A DNA stretch of 61,469 nucleotides, the filler included, from Sluysia triapertura (Eukaryota): assembly GCA_046118255.1 (NCBI GenBank). It is 5 parts of 5 records of this genome, joined end to end, with 100 filler letters (N's around TTAATTAATTAA, not from the genome) between each part and the next. Parts side by side here need not be neighbours in the genome. Positions count along the whole stretch, not along the records: positions 50,387 to 61,469 come from JBJNIA010189153.1; 4 more parts are not named here. The stretch is one strand, 5' to 3'. The notes beneath the pieces are model-generated. The model was not told the DNA's origin, did no database searches, and saw only the letters and a list, made by a program, of their open reading frames with translations. This document shows positions 54,709 to 61,469 of the stretch, one piece after another. Every line of letters begins with the position of its first letter. Positions within the stretch are counted from its first letter, which is position 1. A program made the translations under genes and the position numbers.

Positions 54709-55236
54709 TTAAACATAACTTGCATACCTCGAACAACAAAGTTTATAGCTTCTTTCTCCTTTTTCCGTAACTGCACGTTGATTTAATCGTTCATCATAAT
54801 CAGAATCGCTTATCATCGTCAAATCGTCTAAATCAAAATCCATTTCTATTTTATTTTTATCAGTAACATCAGAACCAGAAGGACCACCACCGACAGTGAC
54901 AGCAATATTATCGTCATCATCGTTTACAGAACATTTATGATCGTCGTCAGCATCAAATGAAAAATGTGTTAATTCATAACTTGTGTAATTAGCTTTTTCA
55001 TTCGAATGTGTAATTAAATCGGATATTTCCGTGTAGTAGAAACTTTTCGTGATGCCTTTGTTTGATGAACAAATGTTTGATTTACAAAATAATACCGTGA
55101 AAGCAATTTTCTCTTTATGAAGAGCATTACTTGTCTTCCAAAATATAAATGTAACAAATAACATTAAAACCAATAAAAATAATACGAAAATTGCAAGCCC
55201 AAAAGCAGTTATAAACCGAACATCGTGATCAAACAT
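54709..55236 (-). CDS. Uncharacterised single-pass membrane protein (175 aa)
   Basis: 175 open codons in very AT-rich DNA. An N-terminal hydrophobic helix (FITAFGLAIFVLFLLVLMLFVTFIFW) is followed by an acidic tail. No family recognised. Confidence 0.45.
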   Translation of the reverse strand: MFDHDVRFITAFGLAIFVLFLLVLMLFVTFIFWKTSNALHKEKIAFTVLFCKSNICSSNKGITKSFYYTEISDLITHSNEKANYTSYELTHFSFDADDDHKCSVNDDDDNIAVTVGGGPSGSDVTDKNKIEMDFDLDDLTMISDSDYDERLNQRAVTEKGERSYKLCCSRYASYV

Positions 55237-57017
55237 TGCTAGTGTTAATTCATATTTCCAATGACAATAAATATTGATTTTATTTTATTCAATTAATTAA
55301 TATTTTTATTTTTAATTTTTGTATATCTTTTAATTCCAGTATTACCAACGCGAAATAACTCTGACAAATATCACATGGAGGATCAAATTTATCACAGTTT
55401 GATAAATCATTATACAACAATCGACGTTAATTCATCGTTTCAAAGGGAAAATAAAACAATCGCGACGATTCTCAAAAACCGTTTTCTTTATATTGTTTCA
55501 GACTGAATATCATTGAATGTAAAAATTATTCAAACTTTATCAATAACAATAAAACTGAATATCTGTATTAGTATTACCGTAGCTCATAACGGTTTCTATT
55601 AAAATCTTTGAAATAATAACTTAATCGAAAAACCCTGGAAAACGAACTTAGAAACTACATCCACATACTGACGACTTAGCTGCACGAATAGATGGAAGAT
55701 ATTTTCTTGAGAACATCTTCAAGAACAACTTTACGTGAGTTTGAAAATTAGCATGCTTTATATGAAATATTTGAGAGAATGAGTGCGTATTAATGAGGCC
55801 GTATCAATATTAAATAAAATCATCATTTGGAAAGTTGTTTGGCATACCGCTAACAGTTGATGAAAATTTATTTTAAATTAAGATATTGAAAATAATAATA
55901 ATAATAAACAGAAATTCCATTCCAAATTGCTTGCGAATCAACTCGAAGATTTAATTTCGAACCTTCTAAATCTGATGTAACAATCGAGTCCTATAATACA
56001 ACTGAAAAATAAGGAAAATTAAGATGAAGCAGTTCGAAATAACAATGTTCTAAATAACAGTTCTGAATAACAATGTTCATTAATAAAACTTAATTTATTG
56101 TTTCAGTAGTATTACAATTAAATATAATTATTAATAATAATAATAAACAGAGAGATAGATTAATAATAAGGATAAAAAAAGAAAATAACAATAATAATGA
56201 TAACATTTATGTAATTTTATGTTCGTTAATACCGAATTGTTGAGATTTATTATGAAATTTTGTCATAAAAATTATTATTAAAGTCATTATAAAAGTTATT
56301 ATTTGATATTTATAATACAACAATAATGATTATAATTTTTAACACAAGTTTTAATGTGATATGAATCGTAATAAAAATAACGATAGTTCATGATAGTTAG
56401 ATGGGATGGTCGTGTTTACTTTTAAATGAGTTTAGTAATTTGTTTAATAGTTTGTATATGTGGAGTGTTTTTATGCGATGAATTGTGATGAATTTTATAT
56501 GATGAATTCCCTACAAGTCACATTCAAAACCATCAATTTACATTTAAAATTTCATTTAAAATATTTTATTCATTATCTCGAAATTAATTTATTCAAATGT
56601 AAATCGATGTAAGTCAAATGTTTTTAATTTAAAGCTGGATTGTTATACACCTCGATTAAGTCCAAATCTTTCAAAAAAAGTAAAAGGAAACTCTCAATAC
56701 AGTGGTTCTGGATTAACTTCATCAACACAAATAAAGTTGAAACATTTATTATCATCGTTAAAATTTATCTTACCAATGATCTTAATTTCGATGAAATCGG
56801 ATTTGACAATTAATGCAATTTTAGATATAGATGGTGGTATTCATGTAAAACAAATTGAATGTGGATCCGTTATGATTAATAATACGTTTACTTTTATTAA
56901 GAATATTAGTAATGAACGATAAGTAAACTTTTGAATGTTATATTCTTGTCTATGCAGAAACTTTTAGAGGAACGTGAAGTGAACTGAAATTTTAAATTAT
57001 CACAATTAGCGTCTGTC

Positions 57018-57660
57018 ATGTTGCAAGGAAATTTACCATTTACATTAAATAATATCTCTTATGTTAGACAGTTATTTAAATCATTATATAGTAAAAATCA
57101 ATTAGATCCGAAGTTTAATTTCCAAACCACAATTGTTAGAAGTAGTATTCGCCTTAATTTACATGATGTAATGACAAACGATGATACAATTATCTCATTA
57201 TCTCAGTCAGCAAGTAATGTGACCAAAATCGAATTTATTACTGAAGTCGTTTACCAACAAATTAAATTCGGAAGATTTAAAGAAATCCTAAGTTTCAAAC
57301 CGCAACAAGATTTGCTAAATAAAGGCAAACAAAAGAATAAATTTAATGCAGTTATCCACTCGAATAAGCAAATAAAAGAAGTGACTAGACCAACATTTAT
57401 TAGTTCCAATCCCATTTTTGTTACACATTATCGTGCAGCATAGTGTAGTTCACAAACTAATGAGTTATGAATGTGCTTGAAATTTGGTCAAAGTTGCAGA
57501 TATTACCATGATATCAAAGAAATTTATCATGACGCTATTGGAAACTCCATTTACATTCAACATATAAATCGTATAAACTGCTCCTTGAAACATTAACATT
57601 TGGAGAATCAAGCAGAAACTCTGCAATCACTACGATTCCAACAAAAGATCAAGTTGTAAC
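57018..57660 (+). mobile_element. Possible decayed LINE ORF1 (gag-like) remnant
   Basis: A 141-aa ORF is followed by degenerate zinc-knuckle-like words (YEC.LKFGQSCRY and INCSLKH), as in I/Jockey-type ORF1. Confidence 0.35.
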
Positions 57661-58646
57661 TACAGCTACAAACAATTTTATACTAAAATTATATTTTAAT
57701 TTGATTTATATGCAATTATTTGACTTTAATTATTTTTACTTAAGAAATCGTCAAGTTATCGTATTAATGGCATGTTCAGAACTCGACGTGAATTTTAAAA
57801 TAATAGAATACTTTACAATAGTGTTTATAGATATTATAATTTCTTGTAATCAAAATAAATTTATGTTATTTAATTTTACTTTCTTTTCGATCACAAATAG
57901 AATTTTTAAATTATTTAAATTAAATCTGGTTGATTTCATTTTATTCAATAATAAACATAATGTTAACTCAATTCTGACAAATTTCAACTTAGAAGTCGAT
58001 TTCAAAACTTTAAAAATAACATTCATAACATATAATTACTTTAAAAATGTATTACATTAGCATATGAAATGAAATGTGATTATTTTTATTTCCAAATTAT
58101 AGATTTAGGCTATGTAGTTAAAAAAATGTGTTTGTGAATCAAAAAACATAAAGAATTGTAGAATTGCACAGTGATGTTTTGGATGGCGGCAAATCCATTT
58201 GCCTAAAGAAAATTTTACACAAGTAATAATAGATAAAATACTAATAACAATAACAAAAACGATAAGAAACAATAAGTGATAGCGATTATAACAACGATAA
58301 CAATTACAATCACAATAATTATAAATTGTTATACTAATCATAAATTATTATGACTGTGTTTATGTTTGTATTGGTGTTCGTGTTCGTGTTTTGTATGTAT
58401 TAAGTAATTCGTTTAGTAATGTAAAATGGGTTGATATGCGTTAAAGTTTGGTTGTGATTGTGGTGAGTTGATTTTGAGTTCACTACATTGCCCTATTCGG
58501 TTTTTTCTCAAATTAATTACACTATCAATTTTCTCAACTCTACATCACTTTATAAAAAGTTTCTTCTATCCTATAAAACATTAATTTATTTTATAAAATT
58601 AAAATCACTGTTATTGGTGTTAAGAATAAATCTAATATGGTAATAA

Positions 58647-59260
58647 TTAACATGAAGAAGTAGAAAAAGGAATCAAAGAGTTGAATGTGAAAATATCTAG
58701 AGCCTCCTCAATGCCGTATAAACTACTAAATAACTTTGGGACCTTTAAACATAAAATAAGGTTACGTCTAAAAATATATTAATTAATTAAAATCTGAATT
58801 AAATTAATTTAAAAAGTATGTTTTTGTGAAAAGTGTTTGAATGCGGAATGCTATGTATGTATTTGTTTTAAGAAGACATGGTTTGACCGAGTTCATGGAA
58901 GGAAAACCTTTAATTAAATTTAATCAAATTTTAATTAATTTTTAATTATGGAATGTTGAATTTTTCATACTCTGAAATCTGAAAATATAATGAATATGAG
59001 ATGATTGTTATGAAAAAGGAGAATCTCGAAGTGAGTTCGAAATGCCTGTTGAGTGATTTAGGTGAGAATAAGAACCTTAAACATTTTCCATAAGGGAATT
59101 AGGTGTGAAAAGCCAAAAATCAATTAAATTCTAAAAACTGAATGTAAATTCATTATTTTTTAAGTATGTTAATAATAATGATTGTTATATTAATGGGAGA
59201 AGTACTTTAAGTAAAATTTGATTGAATAGAATAAAAGAAAATTATGGTTGATAATAATCA
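58647..59260 (+). repeat. Third copy of the ~640-bp dispersed repeat
   Basis: CATGAAGAAGTAGAAAAA...ATCTAGAGCCTCCT...TTTGAATGCGGAATGCTATGT is shared with 11622-11866. GAGTTCATG, TGAATTTTTCATACT and ACCTTAAA.ATTTTCCAT are shared with 11225-11420. Confidence 0.8.
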
Positions 59261-61469
59261 ATTTTTTGTGTTTTGTACCTAATGAAGTTTTACACACCAT
59301 ACCACGTAATTGGCAAAGTTGTTAGTGTCGGATTCTTTCCAAAGAATGTTGCAGTGATTTGTGTGAGAGAATGATTAATCAATAACTTGGAAATGATTGG
59401 ATGATGAAATAATATAAAAAGGAATACCTAAAAATTTCACAATAAGAGCACCAATTAGTAATGCAAGTGAGAAGATCCATGCTTTAAGTAATTTTTGAAT
59501 TTACTTTATAATTAAAAATAATATTATTTTGGGCGGATTTTATTAAAATAGGTTTTGCTTTGTGTTGTTTTGAGAAATTTATATTTGATTACTATTAAAG
59601 AATAAGCGTGAATAATAGTTAATATTTTTCTTAGTGTTGCGTCACCTCTAGTTTCTTTGGATAGATTGTTGTGTCCTTAAAATTATTATAAACATTATTG
59701 TTAATTTTGTGATTTAGTCATTTTTATTATTGTTAAAACGGAAAATTATAATAGCTATTTGTGTTTGAATTTGTAATTATTAAATTATTGAGTCGAATAC
59801 ATATCATCATTAAAATAATAGAATTTATGATAATTTATAATTAATCTAGTGAATATTGAAACTGTGGAGATTCTATTTGAGTAAAGTAAACTTATATTAA
59901 TTATTGTCATTATAACTTCAAATGCACAACAATATTGTTAGAACTTAAACTAGATATATTAAATTAATAAATTACTATTTCTGAAAATTTAAATTTGTTT
60001 CTATTACTCTAAACCCTACGACAATGAATTAAGTTTAAAAAAGCCTCAGTCAAAAAATTACAATATCAAAAAATTGTTACTTATAACGAATTTTTTATTT
60101 TGTTCATTAATAATTTGTTACAATAGTTCTTTTGAAAAAATCATATTTAACGTCCAGTTATAATTTACATAAAAAAGGGGGTTTATATCTCAGGTGAAAG
60201 AAATTATTTACAAAGAATCAAAGACAAAAATAAACTCGCCGCAGAGTAAAAATTTATTATTTGAACCGCTTTTATGAACAGTACAAAAATCTCCTAAATT
60301 AATTTTTGAATAAAAAATAAAAATTAATACGTAAACCGACATTAACGTAATTAAATATTCTTTTCAATAGAATCCTACGTAAAATCCCACTTATAATCTC
60401 GTCGATACGCGGAAATTTAATCTAACTCTTATAGTTTCATACGATTTTTTAAAAAGACCAGATTGTAAATACCTTATTTTCTGTAGATCATTATAAAATA
60501 TCAATAGTTAATCTCGTCTTGATAACGGAGATCTAATCAATTACTAGCATTCAATTATAATAAATTCCATAAATACTTTTTAATTTGGTTAAGAAAAGTT
60601 AATATTAAACATCATTCAACCTTCATAAATTACATAAAATATTTAAAATCCTATGGACTAGCCCTTCGGTGTATAAGTCTAGGATCGTAGGTGAATTCAT
60701 ATCATTTTCTAATCATTGATTGGTGGGTTAAGTAAAACGTTTAAGTTTGCTGGGTTTTTCTTAACAAAAGACTTACCTAACAGCAAAATAAATTATTATT
60801 CAGAGTCCGTTTACAGTATACGACTTATTAATGGCGTACCTGTAAAAATAACATGAAAACAATCCTAAAGATTAACTGTATATAAATACTCCTTGCCTTA
60901 ACGTAAACAATAGAGAACAAAATCGTCGATTATATCGACTGGTAACTAAATAGCTTATAGAGTATAATGTTAACAACGACCAACGCGGGCATCTGTATTT
61001 AAGTTTATATAAGAATAACGGTGAAAATATTCGTATAAATATGTATTTCTCTATTATCTTTAAAACTTCAATTATTTACCAGGTATCACTGTTGCGTCTT
61101 TAAATATTATTAGTTATGATTAATAATATTTATTATTATTAATAAATATTATTAGATATTATTAAATATTATTCCCCAAAAATTAAGCTCTTAAAAATGA
61201 AATCAAAAATAAGACACTAATGTACTTTAAACAAAAATCAAATTAGGATTTATTGTTATTAGTATGACTCTCCATTAAACAACACTAAAAATTACTAAAT
61301 GACAAAATCAACAATAGCGTTTAAAATAATATTAAGAATGCTACTGTTGGGATTGTTGGGATTGTTGGGATTAGGAGACGAGTTAAAGACATATAGAATT
61401 ACAAATGAAGGAAGAATTGATGAGAAGTAATAGATGAAGTATTATAAACATTGTTGAAATAAGAATCAT

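Overview
AT-rich, intron-containing animal (probably invertebrate bilaterian) genomic scaffold made of five contigs. They are joined by four artificial 100-bp linkers (44 N + TTAATTAATTAA + 44 N). Four conserved host genes are each only partly present: DDX46/Prp5 (-, 5' half), DHX9/RNA helicase A (+, central exons), a Frizzled-5/8-type receptor (-, last two exons, missed by the ORF track) and LDB1/Chip (+, 5' exons). Their introns are mostly either 35-40 bp or several kb and filled with decayed transposons (Ty3/Gypsy, L2-type LINE, piggyBac, hAT, Harbinger-like). The most notable structure is a GC-richer island at ~16.7-25.3 kb: a head-to-tail cluster of three partial R2-superfamily (NeSL-like) non-LTR retrotransposon copies. 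Aligning the pieces gives an inferred polyprotein: N-terminal repeats, Ulp1/C48-like protease 1, zinc fingers, Ulp1/C48-like protease 2, RT and a CCHC knuckle. Conserved Gly-Gly/Ala-Gly motifs sit at domain boundaries (candidate self-processing sites), and two copies start with a tRNA-like A-box/B-box head. All family assignments come from hand translation and motif recognition, not database searches.
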